Virus record (IMG/VR): IMGVR_UViG_3300032030_000057
Coordinates: 1-64,000 of that record
DNA length: 64,000 nt
Strand: one strand, 5' to 3'
Origin: a virus
Taxonomy: Duplodnaviria; Caudoviricetes
A program made the position numbers and the translations under genes. Within the stretch, counting starts at the first letter, position 1. Each line of letters opens with the position of its first letter. Shown here piece by piece: positions 28,153-37,757 of this stretch. Below the pieces are notes generated by a model. That model made no database searches. It was given only the letters and a program-made list of their open reading frames with translations, and was not told the DNA's origin.

Positions 28153-28560
28153 ATGAACATCAAAATTGCAGCGAACGATTACGTTCAACCAAAAGAAGTG
28201 AGAGAAAACGTCGTACAGACATTGTGTAACATCATTATGGCCGACTACCTTGACAGGAACATGTCAATCACGGTTCACGTCAAGCACGCAGAGATGTATA
28301 TAGGAGTACACAAGGGTGGTGTGGATGCGACAAACATTCCCTACCTGATTACTCGCTCAACTCTGAACAGCAACTACGTATACACAAGGGTTAACTCCTG
28401 TGAGGTCGACGAGGCGTTCAAGGCCATCCAAGACGCAGGGTACTTCATTTATCTCGAACGAGACAAGAAGACAAAGGACTCTGTGTACACGTTCTCAAAG
28501 AAACCAGTACGCTATGGTGTGACCGCAAAGAATATTGAGTTTGATGTATTTATTGATTAA
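28153..28560 (+). CDS. Hypothetical protein
   Basis: 135-aa ORF. Confidence 0.65.
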   Translation: MNIKIAANDYVQPKEVRENVVQTLCNIIMADYLDRNMSITVHVKHAEMYIGVHKGGVDATNIPYLITRSTLNSNYVYTRVNSCEVDEAFKAIQDAGYFIYLERDKKTKDSVYTFSKKPVRYGVTAKNIEFDVFID

Positions 28561-28577
28561 TTATAGGAGACAAGTTT

Positions 28578-28928
28578 ATGCTAAGAGTTAATTATCAGAT
28601 TGTGTTCGGAGAAGTGTTCGGAAAGAGCAACGGAATAAAGTGGAAGGTTCGGTATCACCCAGCCAATTGCAACCTTGGTGCGTTCATCTACCACTACAAG
28701 AACGAGAAAGGTGAGAAGATGGCTCAGATGTGGAACTTCCTCAACGACAAGCAGCATGTCAATAACATCATGAAAGACAAGTATTGCAACGGCAAGCTGT
28801 TGGGTGACGAGGTTTACAAGGTGCGCCTAAATGTGTACTACAAGCAGGCTCGCGACATCATCGAGGCTTGCGCCAAGTCTGGTTATAAAGTAGAGTGCTA
28901 TTACAAGGAACCAGAGACAAAGAAGTAA
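28578..28928 (+). CDS. Hypothetical protein
   Basis: 116-aa ORF. Confidence 0.65.
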   Translation: MLRVNYQIVFGEVFGKSNGIKWKVRYHPANCNLGAFIYHYKNEKGEKMAQMWNFLNDKQHVNNIMKDKYCNGKLLGDEVYKVRLNVYYKQARDIIEACAKSGYKVECYYKEPETKK

Positions 28929-29198
28929 TATGGCAAAGAAAGAGCGAAAGACGGTCTGTCTTGACTGTCATAAAGAGATAAGCGATGTTGAGTTCATTAG
29001 GTATGGTGGCATGTGCATCTCATGCTGGCACAAAGATAACGAGAAAAGGAAAGGAGGTGTTGGCAAGTGACAATATTCATACTATTCGGTCTCGTAGGCT
29101 GGGTTTTGACTGGTTCGTGGACGAAGTGCAAATAAATCACTATCGCCACGGACACAGCGAACGTTAACAAGAGTATTAACATTAAACATTAAATAATT

Positions 29199-29381
29199 AT
29201 GAAGAAATTTTCAGTGGACGTGGACTTCACCATGGCAAAGACAATCGAGGTTCTTGCAGAGAACGAAGAACAAGCAATGGAAATTGCAAGTAGCAAGATT
29301 GACGAGAACCCTTACGGATATGCAAAAGGGTTCTCTCACTATGTAGGTTATGAGATTATTGACGCTAACGAGGAGGATTGA
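29199..29381 (+). CDS. Small acidic hypothetical protein
   Basis: V.V.AENEEQA.E.A motif common in phage ORFans. Confidence 0.6.
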   Translation: MKKFSVDVDFTMAKTIEVLAENEEQAMEIASSKIDENPYGYAKGFSHYVGYEIIDANEED

Positions 29382-29923
29382 GTATGTATCAGCAGATGGT
29401 TTGTAATGAATATGGCGAGCCGATGTACGTTGAGAACGTAATGGACGCTCAAGAAGAACAAGAGTTCTATTGGGAAGAAATGCAGATGCGAGCCGACGAC
29501 CCGTATTATGCACAGATGCGCGAGAAAGAAGAATGGATTGCACGGGCAACAAGAGTATTTGAAGATAATGGATTGAAAGTCCCATATTATGTCAAAGAGG
29601 CATGGGTAAAAGAAATGAGGAATCTGCAAAGAATGAACGAAGAAGAGAAAGTTATGTCAAAGGTTCGACCTCTTGTAGACTTTCTTAATCGCATGATGCC
29701 AAATACAGAGTGGTACGCAAACTACTACGGTGAGACTCCTGATGAGGAGGCTCATGTTGAAGTGGATTATACTCATGCCCCTTACAAAGAGGATTATCTG
29801 CACGCATTGGATGTGTGGCATGAAAAGTATAAAGACGATGATGACATGTTGTATGTTCCAGACGATTCTTTGGTGTGCTCTACGAGATATATGAAAGAAA
29901 AAGAAAACATCACAAATAAATAA
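29378..29923 (+). CDS. Hypothetical protein
   Basis: 181-aa ORF. Confidence 0.65.
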   Translation: MSMYQQMVCNEYGEPMYVENVMDAQEEQEFYWEEMQMRADDPYYAQMREKEEWIARATRVFEDNGLKVPYYVKEAWVKEMRNLQRMNEEEKVMSKVRPLVDFLNRMMPNTEWYANYYGETPDEEAHVEVDYTHAPYKEDYLHALDVWHEKYKDDDDMLYVPDDSLVCSTRYMKEKENITNK

Positions 29924-29925
29924 GA

Positions 29926-30156
29926 TTGATTATGGACAAGGAAATGATAAAGCGTCTTGAGAAATTCGGACGCGTAGAATCAGATTCAAAAACGTGGGTT
30001 CACCCTTGGAAAACCTACTGGCATCTGTACTGCAAGAAGCATCATGACCTTCTTATAAAGGTTCTTAGCAAGATGTATCCCGAGTATCTATTCTATCGTG
30101 GAGAGTGTCATATATGTGGCACAATCTATCAAGTAATCGAAATATCAAAGAAATAA
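29926..30156 (+). CDS. Hypothetical protein
   Basis: 76-aa ORF. Confidence 0.55.
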   Translation: MIMDKEMIKRLEKFGRVESDSKTWVHPWKTYWHLYCKKHHDLLIKVLSKMYPEYLFYRGECHICGTIYQVIEISKK

Positions 30157-30189
30157 TCAAACAACAACAATTTTTAAAAATTAAACATT

Positions 30190-30483
30190 ATGGAAGAGAA
30201 GAGAATTTGCAAGGTTTGCGGACGCGAGTTAGAAATTTACAAGTTCCTCAAAAGTGGAGGAAAACCAACAAGTGTTTGTAAGGAGTGTGCTGCCAGAAAG
30301 AAGGCTGAGACTTGGGCAAAGAAGAAGAACGACAAAAATCTTGAACATGAACTCGAAAATGCAAAGAATCTGCGCCTGCAGGACTTCACCGCACGGGAGC
30401 TGTTCGCTGAAATCAAGCGTCGCGGATACGAGTTCAAGGCGACGTACACCGAGGTTCACACAATTAATTCAAAAGACTTCTAA
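30190..30483 (+). CDS. Zn-finger hypothetical protein
   Basis: CKVCGRE...CKEC. Confidence 0.65.
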   Translation: MEEKRICKVCGRELEIYKFLKSGGKPTSVCKECAARKKAETWAKKKNDKNLEHELENAKNLRLQDFTARELFAEIKRRGYEFKATYTEVHTINSKDF

Positions 30484-30494
30484 ATATTACAACT

Positions 30495-30725
30495 ATGGCA
30501 AAATTTATCAAAGTAAACAATATGCTCGACATGAGCAAAAAGGCTAACCCAAAGCCTTCGTATATCAATGCAGACAACATTATCTTCTTCCGTGAAGCAA
30601 GTGATACTGAAATCCGCATCTACAATTCCAGAGTATCCGAGATTGTCGTCAAGACAGGAAACGGAACAAGGACGTACACAGTTCAGCAGACTGTCGATGA
30701 TATACTTGCACAAATAATTTATTGA
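30495..30725 (+). CDS. Hypothetical protein
   Basis: 76-aa ORF. Confidence 0.55.
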   Translation: MAKFIKVNNMLDMSKKANPKPSYINADNIIFFREASDTEIRIYNSRVSEIVVKTGNGTRTYTVQQTVDDILAQIIY

Positions 30726-30728
30726 TAT

Positions 30729-31538
30729 ATGAGTGTTAAAAAATTCGTCGGATGGAGGCGCGTCAGTACAGCGAAACAACGCGGCTCACACTTAGGATTG
30801 GAGGCTCAGAAGTCTATTATTGATTTCTTTGTCGAAAAAGAGAAAGGCGAACTGATTGCAGACTATGAGGAATGTCATAGCGGAACTGACCTTGCAGGTT
30901 GTACAGAACTAAAGAAAGCAAAGGAACACTGCAAGAAAACAGGCGCAACCCTAATCATCGCAAAGACTGACAGATGCCGTGATACAATCGAGGCTCTTCA
31001 GTTGTACGAGGAAATGAATGGGCGTATTTATTTCTGCGATTTGCCTCACACAGACAAGTTTACTTTAACCTTGTTCTTCAGCCTTGCAGAGCGAGAGGCC
31101 ATGATTGTAAGTCTAAGAACAAAGCAGGCACTCGCAGCATTAAAGGCTCGTGGAGATGTAAAGCTTGGAGCATCTAACCAAAAGTATCGCGAGACGTACG
31201 ACAACAAGTCCGACGAAGAAAAGGTCTGTATTGCCCAGAAAAGAGGCAGGACTAAGACAGGAAACTATATCGCATCAAGAGATGTGCAGGCGTTCATCAA
31301 GGCTCTGCGTGCAACGTTTACAGAGGCAACGCAAGGAGAACCTACCGAATGGACTTGGAACTGCATCAACACCAAGAACGGGCCACGTCAGCGTGTCCTC
31401 GGAATGATGAAGAACTTCCAAGACCTAGACGGAACTTTGTTCAGAGGGTGGAATTTCACCGACCTGAACTCCACTAAGCTGCAGGTGAAACTTGCAAATC
31501 AGATTTCATGCCTGAGGCGTAGTGTAAAAGCATTATAA
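30729..31538 (+). CDS. Serine recombinase (resolvase/invertase family)
   Basis: RVSTAKQ (catalytic Ser)..LEAQ..SGT..LIIAKTDR..AERE...S.RTK.AL.ALKARG.KLG. Confidence 0.9.
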   Translation: MSVKKFVGWRRVSTAKQRGSHLGLEAQKSIIDFFVEKEKGELIADYEECHSGTDLAGCTELKKAKEHCKKTGATLIIAKTDRCRDTIEALQLYEEMNGRIYFCDLPHTDKFTLTLFFSLAEREAMIVSLRTKQALAALKARGDVKLGASNQKYRETYDNKSDEEKVCIAQKRGRTKTGNYIASRDVQAFIKALRATFTEATQGEPTEWTWNCINTKNGPRQRVLGMMKNFQDLDGTLFRGWNFTDLNSTKLQVKLANQISCLRRSVKAL

Positions 31539-31575
31539 ATTATCAAGTATTATTAACTAATTAACAAGTAAGATT

Positions 31576-31809
31576 ATGAACAAGCAGAGAAGAAAGTGGT
31601 TAACCGACACCATCGAACAGTTGGAAAAAGCAAAGGACGAGTTGGAGTCAATCCGTGACGAGGAACAAAGTGCGTTTGACGCACTGCCCGAGAATATCCA
31701 GTATTCGGAGCGTGGTGACACCATGCAGGAGAATATTGATGAGATGGAAGACGAGATTTCCAACCTCGAAGATGTGATTAGTAACTTAAACGATATTGTT
31801 GATAAATAA
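31576..31809 (+). CDS. Acidic helical phage protein (MNKQRRK family)
   Basis: MNKQRRK...EEQ.AFD.LPE.IQ.SERG. Confidence 0.7.
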   Translation: MNKQRRKWLTDTIEQLEKAKDELESIRDEEQSAFDALPENIQYSERGDTMQENIDEMEDEISNLEDVISNLNDIVDK

Positions 31810-31813
31810 AGCT

Positions 31814-32257
31814 ATGAAGATTAATTTTGAGATTAGAGAGGTCAGCCATGAGAATCTGGTTAACCTTTTCAGTACGGCATTGTACGGTAACAACAAATGG
31901 TGTGCTGACTACGACGTGGATACATACTTAAAGTGTGACGGCGCAGAGAAGAATGAGTGCTTGGAAGACAAGCTTGCACGTATGCTTCTGAATGGATATC
32001 CAGTTCAGATAAGCGACATGTATGCAGAGGATGAGACAGATTTCCACGGTGAACTAAAGCACAGGTATGACAAGGAAAATTGCTGCATGGACTACGACGT
32101 GTACATGTCCGACATTATTGCAGGCCTCAAGAAGGCTTGTGATAAAGGTGAGTCTGTTAAGGTTCTTGACCTAGCAAACGAGCCAGAGAACCTTGACATG
32201 TGGGATGCAGACATACTCCTGCAATACATTGTATTCGGAGACTACATCTACGATTAA
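31814..32257 (+). CDS. Hypothetical protein
   Basis: C-terminal D..DAD.LLQY..FGD.IY motif. Confidence 0.65.
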   Translation: MKINFEIREVSHENLVNLFSTALYGNNKWCADYDVDTYLKCDGAEKNECLEDKLARMLLNGYPVQISDMYAEDETDFHGELKHRYDKENCCMDYDVYMSDIIAGLKKACDKGESVKVLDLANEPENLDMWDADILLQYIVFGDYIYD

Positions 32258-32287
32258 CACTCTTTAATAGAATTTGTTGCAACAAAG

Positions 32288-32319
32288 TTTGCATATTCAA
32301 AGTTTTATCCGTATCTTTG
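32288..32319 (+). promoter_or_regulatory. SigmaA promoter
   Basis: TTTG-N20-TATCTTTG. Confidence 0.7.
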
Positions 32320-32539
32320 CGGAAAATTATCACAACTAAACAATGTTTTTACTATGGAAGAAGGTAAGAAAGAACCACTATCAACAATCATGCGCTGCCA
32401 CTACTTCCGCAACGATGACGGCATCTGCTGGTGCGAGCTTGACGATTGTATCGCTAAGACAAATAAAGAAAAGACCGACTGTATCTGCAAATGTAAGTAC
32501 AGACACGAAGTAAAATGTTTAATAACAAAATAAAAAGTT

Positions 32540-32725
32540 ATGAAGAAAAAGATTTATTTTTCAATTGCCAATGTAAGACTATTTGGCAAGTTCACATCAA
32601 AGGTTCTCACATTCTTGTGCGTCCTTGTTGCGTTTGTTGACCTCTATGCAGTTGGCGATTCCCAACGTGCTACTTTCTGGATGACCTGTGCAATTCTAAA
32701 CCGTATAGTAGCAAGCGAGATATGA
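32540..32725 (+). CDS. Small membrane protein
   Basis: Two hydrophobic segments. Confidence 0.5.
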   Translation: MKKKIYFSIANVRLFGKFTSKVLTFLCVLVAFVDLYAVGDSQRATFWMTCAILNRIVASEI

Positions 32726-33171
32726 CACAAGAAGAAAAATTCCTATTACTACAAGACCTCAGTGCGAGGTTGCCTTACGGTGTAATAGTAGATTATAAAG
32801 AGCATGAGCATGATATACGTCATTGGAAGATAGACTCCTTACACACTCCAACATATAGCGAAAGTGGTATTCTGATAGATACAGACTATGAAGGTTGGAT
32901 TCACTTTACAGAATATAAAGGGTGCGGTATGTCAACTGGTTCAAGGCCATTACATATTGAAAAAAACCTTCCGTTCCTACGTTCAATGTCAAGTATGACA
33001 GAGGAAGAAAGAAAGGAATATTTGCATATAACTTTATGTGATTTTATTGATTGCGAAGCATGGAATGAAGTTGATTGGCTTAACAAAAATATGTTTGACT
33101 ATCGTGGATTAATCCCTATGGGGTTGGCTTTGGAAGCAAAAGAAGGTATGTATAAATTTAAGGAGAAATAA
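32722..33171 (+). CDS. Hypothetical phage protein (LLQDLSARLPYGV...DYRGLIPMGLA)
   Basis: 149 aa; recurrent Bacteroidales phage pattern. Confidence 0.7.
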   Translation: MTQEEKFLLLQDLSARLPYGVIVDYKEHEHDIRHWKIDSLHTPTYSESGILIDTDYEGWIHFTEYKGCGMSTGSRPLHIEKNLPFLRSMSSMTEEERKEYLHITLCDFIDCEAWNEVDWLNKNMFDYRGLIPMGLALEAKEGMYKFKEK

Positions 33172-33173
33172 CT

Positions 33174-33578
33174 ATGGTAACAATTACAGAAGATTACGTT
33201 AGCATTGAAGTTGCAAAACTCTTGAAAGAGAAAGGGTTTAAAGGACATAGCATCATTACCATATATGATGAAGATGCAGCACATGTCTATATTAAGGAAC
33301 TGCAAGAAAAACATTTACCATATAGCTCAGATGACCCTAAACTTAAAGAGTTTCGTTATACTAGGCCAACTCTCCAAATGGCAATGAAGTGGTTGAGAGA
33401 AGTACATAATATTCATATCGACACCTGTTCTATTTGGGACGAAATTCATTGGCTTTATCAAGTTTTTGTTATTACGCCTAGAACTGCGCGTAATTCTTAT
33501 GTAGATAAAACACTGTATGTTTCTTATGAAGAAGCTTGTGAAGCAGCAATAAAGTATTGTCTTGAAAATTTGATTTGA
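33174..33578 (+). CDS. Hypothetical phage protein (EDYVS.E.AKLLKEKGF family)
   Basis: 134 aa. Confidence 0.7.
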   Translation: MVTITEDYVSIEVAKLLKEKGFKGHSIITIYDEDAAHVYIKELQEKHLPYSSDDPKLKEFRYTRPTLQMAMKWLREVHNIHIDTCSIWDEIHWLYQVFVITPRTARNSYVDKTLYVSYEEACEAAIKYCLENLI

Positions 33579-33584
33579 ATAACT

Positions 33585-33782
33585 ATGGCAACAATTAAAT
33601 GGTATAAGGTAAAATGTTCTTTTTATAAACAAACAATAGGTTTCAAAACATGGCAGGATATAATTGACTTTATGTCTAAAAACATTGGTTTCGATTACAT
33701 TATAGAAGGTCAATATAGTGAACCTTTTGTTGGTGTAGATGCTTATTATGATACAAAAACAAAAACGTTTGAAAAGTTATGA
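33585..33782 (+). CDS. Hypothetical protein
   Basis: 65-aa ORF. Confidence 0.45.
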   Translation: MATIKWYKVKCSFYKQTIGFKTWQDIIDFMSKNIGFDYIIEGQYSEPFVGVDAYYDTKTKTFEKL

Positions 33783-34135
33783 AATCATACACAGACCTTT
33801 TCCAGAGCAAGAAGTTGGCAGAGATACTGCCGCTTGAAAGTGCAGATATGTATTATGCCTTGTCAGAAGATAAAAGTACGAATATGATAAGCTTTGGAAA
33901 ATCACAAGGCTTTTTTGATAAGACACAAGTTGCTTGGAGTCTTGCAGCATTGCTTGGTGTTTTGCCAGAAGGAACAAGATTACTAAAGTCAACAAATATA
34001 TCGTCTATAGGTGATGTCAAATATTATATTGAATGTCCTAAAGGAACTATTAATAAGTGGTTTGATAATCCTGTTGATGCTTGTGTAGAATTAATATTAA
34101 AGTTAAATGAATTATGGAAAGAAAAGAGGCAATAG
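33779..34135 (+). CDS. Hypothetical phage protein
   Basis: 118 aa; AWSLAALLGVLP motif. Confidence 0.65.
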   Translation: MKSYTDLFQSKKLAEILPLESADMYYALSEDKSTNMISFGKSQGFFDKTQVAWSLAALLGVLPEGTRLLKSTNISSIGDVKYYIECPKGTINKWFDNPVDACVELILKLNELWKEKRQ

Positions 34136-35118
34136 AGGTCATTAAAAAGAATTGGCCTGATAGTAGTTTTACGATGTTACGTGAGGCACTTGAAACACTT
34201 ATACCCGAACTCAAAGAGAGCGAGGATGAGAGTGTTAGGAAATTTATAATTAAGATTTTTAAAGATTCTCAACGTGATGGAATTTCGGAAGTTATAATGC
34301 CCGAACAATATGATAAGATATTTGCCTGGCTTGAAAAGCAAGGTGAGCAGAAGCTTCCGATAGAAAAATTATCCTCCGAGATGAAAACCGTCGGAGAAAG
34401 CCTTGGTTTTACAAATCAAGAAGAATGTAATAGATATAATCAAATGGTTACAGACCTCATTATGGTCGATGATGATAATGGTGAACGGAAGCCTGCTGAA
34501 TTGCCAAAAGGTGAAGATTATGGTATTGACGGGTTATACCATGCCATAAGAATACTTGAAGAGACTCTTGGTAAGGTTGATGGCTACCAAACCGACGATG
34601 GTATCTTGGAGCATAAGTGTGCCATTAGTGCTGTAAAAAATCTGTACGAACAGAAGTCTTCTTGGAGTGAAGAGGATGAGAAATTCTTTAAAACAGCATT
34701 ATGGCACATAAGTAATTCTATCAGCAATGACACAAACACAGATATACATTGTGATACAACGGAATGGCTCAAATCCATCAAAGAAAGAGTACAACAACAA
34801 CCAAAACAGGAGTGGAGTGAAGAGGATGAAGAGTCCTTATTAGACCTTATAAAATTCATTGAGAACTGGAAGGCTAAAGCGAAAGACTTTGGAGCAAAAC
34901 TTGCTTTATGGACTGGTGATGAGCAAAAGTGTGACAGATTACTTACATTTTTAAAATCCATCAGACCTCAGTCCACTTGGAGGCCGAGTGAAGAGCAGAT
35001 GAAGATACTTAACGAAGTTCTTAATTTTGCTGCGAACCATGAAAGTCCTTATTGGAATGATTACATATTCGGAACATTGAATAATCTTATAAGACAATTA
35101 AAGAAACTAAGGGAATAG
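34114..35118 (+). CDS. Hypothetical protein with WSEEDE repeats
   Basis: Repeated WSEEDE / WRPSEEQ modules. Confidence 0.7.
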   Translation: MERKEAIEVIKKNWPDSSFTMLREALETLIPELKESEDESVRKFIIKIFKDSQRDGISEVIMPEQYDKIFAWLEKQGEQKLPIEKLSSEMKTVGESLGFTNQEECNRYNQMVTDLIMVDDDNGERKPAELPKGEDYGIDGLYHAIRILEETLGKVDGYQTDDGILEHKCAISAVKNLYEQKSSWSEEDEKFFKTALWHISNSISNDTNTDIHCDTTEWLKSIKERVQQQPKQEWSEEDEESLLDLIKFIENWKAKAKDFGAKLALWTGDEQKCDRLLTFLKSIRPQSTWRPSEEQMKILNEVLNFAANHESPYWNDYIFGTLNNLIRQLKKLRE

Positions 35119-35248
35119 TTATGAAACAACCTTTAATGTTACAGAGCAGTTGTGTTGACTGCAAACACTATGATGGTTTTGGCCAGTGCTTAGAACACGG
35201 CAATAACTTAGTTGAGAATTGTAAAGATTACCAAAAAAGGATAAAGTT

Positions 35249-35992
35249 ATGAAAGCAAAGGAAGCACCAGAGAATAACAAAACAAGAAAAGCACCAGTGC
35301 ATGATGGTAGAATGTTCTGTGTGTATAAACATACATTACCAAACGGAATGTACTATATTGGTGCAACCTATAGAGATGAAAAAAGATGGGGCAAAAATGG
35401 CTGTCATTATAAGAGTTCTAAAATATTTTATTCTTCCATTCAAGAATTTGGTTGGGATAATATAAAGCACGAAATTCTTTTCTATGATTTGTCATCAGAA
35501 GAAGCAAGGCGTATAGAAAGAGACTTGATTATAGAAGCGCAAGAAAAGGGATTGTCTCTCAATAAAACAAGAGGTGGCTATAACGCTATATACAAAGAGA
35601 AGATGCACGAAATTGTAGGACTTAGGAGATTGGGACTATCATACCCACAAATAGGTCGTTTGTATAACATTCATCCCGATACTGCGTATGCTATATGCAA
35701 GTATAAATACTATATGAATTATTATTCCAAAGAAGAATTTGATGGATTAGTCTCTGATTTTATCACCAAAAACAAGGGAAAATATAAGAGAAACGATGGG
35801 CTGACTCCTAATCATAATGGGCATCTTTCAAGACGTGTCATCAAGAAAGATAAACAAGGCAATGTATTATGTAGATACGAATCAATTACTGTTGCAGCAT
35901 TGAAAAATAATGTTGCAATAAGCCAAATTGGTCACAATGTGCATGGAGAAACAAAAACATGTGGAGGATATGTATATGAATATGAACAATAA
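35249..35992 (+). CDS. GIY-YIG homing endonuclease with C-terminal NUMOD1
   Basis: CVYKH..YYIGAT..RW..GWDNIKHEIL..E..N; YESITVAA...TCGGYVYEY. Confidence 0.85.
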   Translation: MKAKEAPENNKTRKAPVHDGRMFCVYKHTLPNGMYYIGATYRDEKRWGKNGCHYKSSKIFYSSIQEFGWDNIKHEILFYDLSSEEARRIERDLIIEAQEKGLSLNKTRGGYNAIYKEKMHEIVGLRRLGLSYPQIGRLYNIHPDTAYAICKYKYYMNYYSKEEFDGLVSDFITKNKGKYKRNDGLTPNHNGHLSRRVIKKDKQGNVLCRYESITVAALKNNVAISQIGHNVHGETKTCGGYVYEYEQ

Positions 35993-36205
35993 CGCGCCAG
36001 AAAAAATATGGATTGACCCCGCAAATGACTTGCCAAAGCTAAGTGGTCATATGGACAAGAATAGTGTTGAGTACATCAGGAAAGATGCCTTTATTGAGAA
36101 AGTGCTCGACTTCTTTGAGAACGACTTGTGTTGTTACATTGAAGCACAAGATTTTACTATTGAACACGAAAGATTAGAAAATGATTTTAAAAACTATATA
36201 AGACA

Positions 36206-36670
36206 ATGAAACTGATAGACAAAGACGCTTTAGTAGCGGAGATAGAGAGAAGAAAGCATAAGTTGCTCGACCATATAATATGTGAAAGTGATAAGGAGTG
36301 GGTTGTGAGGACAGCACATCAACTAAATAGAATTATTATGTTCCTCGACACCCTCGAAGTGAAAGAGGTGGACTTGGATGAGTGTGAGTACAGCAAGAAA
36401 GAAGAGCCTGTAAGCGAGGACTTGAAAGAAGCGGCACAAAAATATGCAGACCTAAGGATGTCAAATTATGGAATTGCATTTTATGCTTTTATGTCTGGTG
36501 CTAAGTGGCAAGAAACAAAACTAATGAAAGATGCCACAGAGGTTACAGTACACATTGAAGCTGGCAACTACCCTTACATTCCGCAAATGGAACTCTATGA
36601 CTATGACAAGGATGTTCCTTTGGCAAAGGAAGGAGATAAGTATAAGGTAATTCTAATTAAGGAGGACTGA
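36206..36670 (+). CDS. Hypothetical protein
   Basis: 154-aa ORF. Confidence 0.6.
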   Translation: MKLIDKDALVAEIERRKHKLLDHIICESDKEWVVRTAHQLNRIIMFLDTLEVKEVDLDECEYSKKEEPVSEDLKEAAQKYADLRMSNYGIAFYAFMSGAKWQETKLMKDATEVTVHIEAGNYPYIPQMELYDYDKDVPLAKEGDKYKVILIKED

Positions 36671-37058
36671 TGTATGTGTATTATGTTCAAAGACAAATAT
36701 TCGTGCTTTGACTATCGAATGTACATAATTGACGCATACACACATCCTTACCCTTGTGATAAATGTCGTTTAAATACAAATAAAAAGAAATAGAACTATG
36801 AGTAAGGCAGAAAAATTTATAAAAGAAAAAACAAGGATTGGTAGCAATACGACTAAAGGGTGGCGTAGAAATGGTGTATCTATCCCTTCGTATAGTTTAC
36901 CTTGGCTCACTCCAGACCAAGCAAGAAGGGCCGTGGAGATTGCAAGGGAAGAAATCTATGAGTGGCTAAGAAAAACCACGAAGAGTATCAGTATAAAGCA
37001 CCTTATAATTATTTTGATATAGAGCAGTGTATTGACGACTTAAAACAAGCAATTAAAG

Positions 37059-37313
37059 ATGAGTAAGGCAGAAGAAAAAGCGAAAGAAAGATATTGGTTA
37101 GAACCAAACGATATTGAAACTCAGGAAAAATATGCTGCTTATATTGAAGGCTACCACCAAGCAGAGAAAGACAATGAGCTGACTTGGGAAGACATAAATA
37201 GAATCAAACTAATAATAGAGCAGGTTGAATGCGATTATGTAGAACAAGATAAGAAACTTTATACAAAGTATTTTTATAAAGAAGTATTGAAACGCTTTAG
37301 GAAAATGAAATAG
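37059..37313 (+). CDS. Hypothetical protein
   Basis: 84-aa ORF. Confidence 0.5.
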   Translation: MSKAEEKAKERYWLEPNDIETQEKYAAYIEGYHQAEKDNELTWEDINRIKLIIEQVECDYVEQDKKLYTKYFYKEVLKRFRKMK

Positions 37314-37330
37314 TTAAAAATGTTAATTGC

Positions 37331-37362
37331 TTTGCATATTCAAAACAAAATCACTAAATTTG
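37331..37362 (+). promoter_or_regulatory. SigmaA promoter of the recombination operon
   Basis: TTTG-N20-TAAATTTG. Confidence 0.7.
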
Positions 37363-37387
37363 CAAAATAATTCACGAAAAAGCAATA

Positions 37388-37756
37388 ATGGGTAAGATAG
37401 TATACCAGAACGAAGTGTTCCTGCGTGGCATTGTAGCTGACAATGTCATGTACAAGAAGGCGTCTAACGGGAAAGATTACTGCACATTCTCCTTGGTCGT
37501 CAACCACGACAAGACAGAGCTCAGCGAAGGCGAGACAAACTCTAAGGAGTTTATCAGGATATTCGTTTTCAACGGAAAGAAAAAGAAGCTGGTTGACTAT
37601 CTGAAAAACATGGGGTTCAGAAGAGGGCTTTACGTCGGCATATACGGCCTGCTTCGTACGACCAGCACAGAGCACAAGGGAATACCAATTGTACAGATAT
37701 CAGTAGGGGTTAGAGATATTTTTATTATACAAACAAAACCAATAAACAACAATTAA
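37388..37756 (+). CDS. ssb: Single-stranded DNA-binding protein (no acidic tail)
   Basis: NEVFLRG..YCTFSLVVN..EFIRIFVF..G.YVGIYG.LRT pattern; directly upstream of exo-recT. Confidence 0.7.
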   Translation: MGKIVYQNEVFLRGIVADNVMYKKASNGKDYCTFSLVVNHDKTELSEGETNSKEFIRIFVFNGKKKKLVDYLKNMGFRRGLYVGIYGLLRTTSTEHKGIPIVQISVGVRDIFIIQTKPINNN

Positions 37757-37757
37757 T

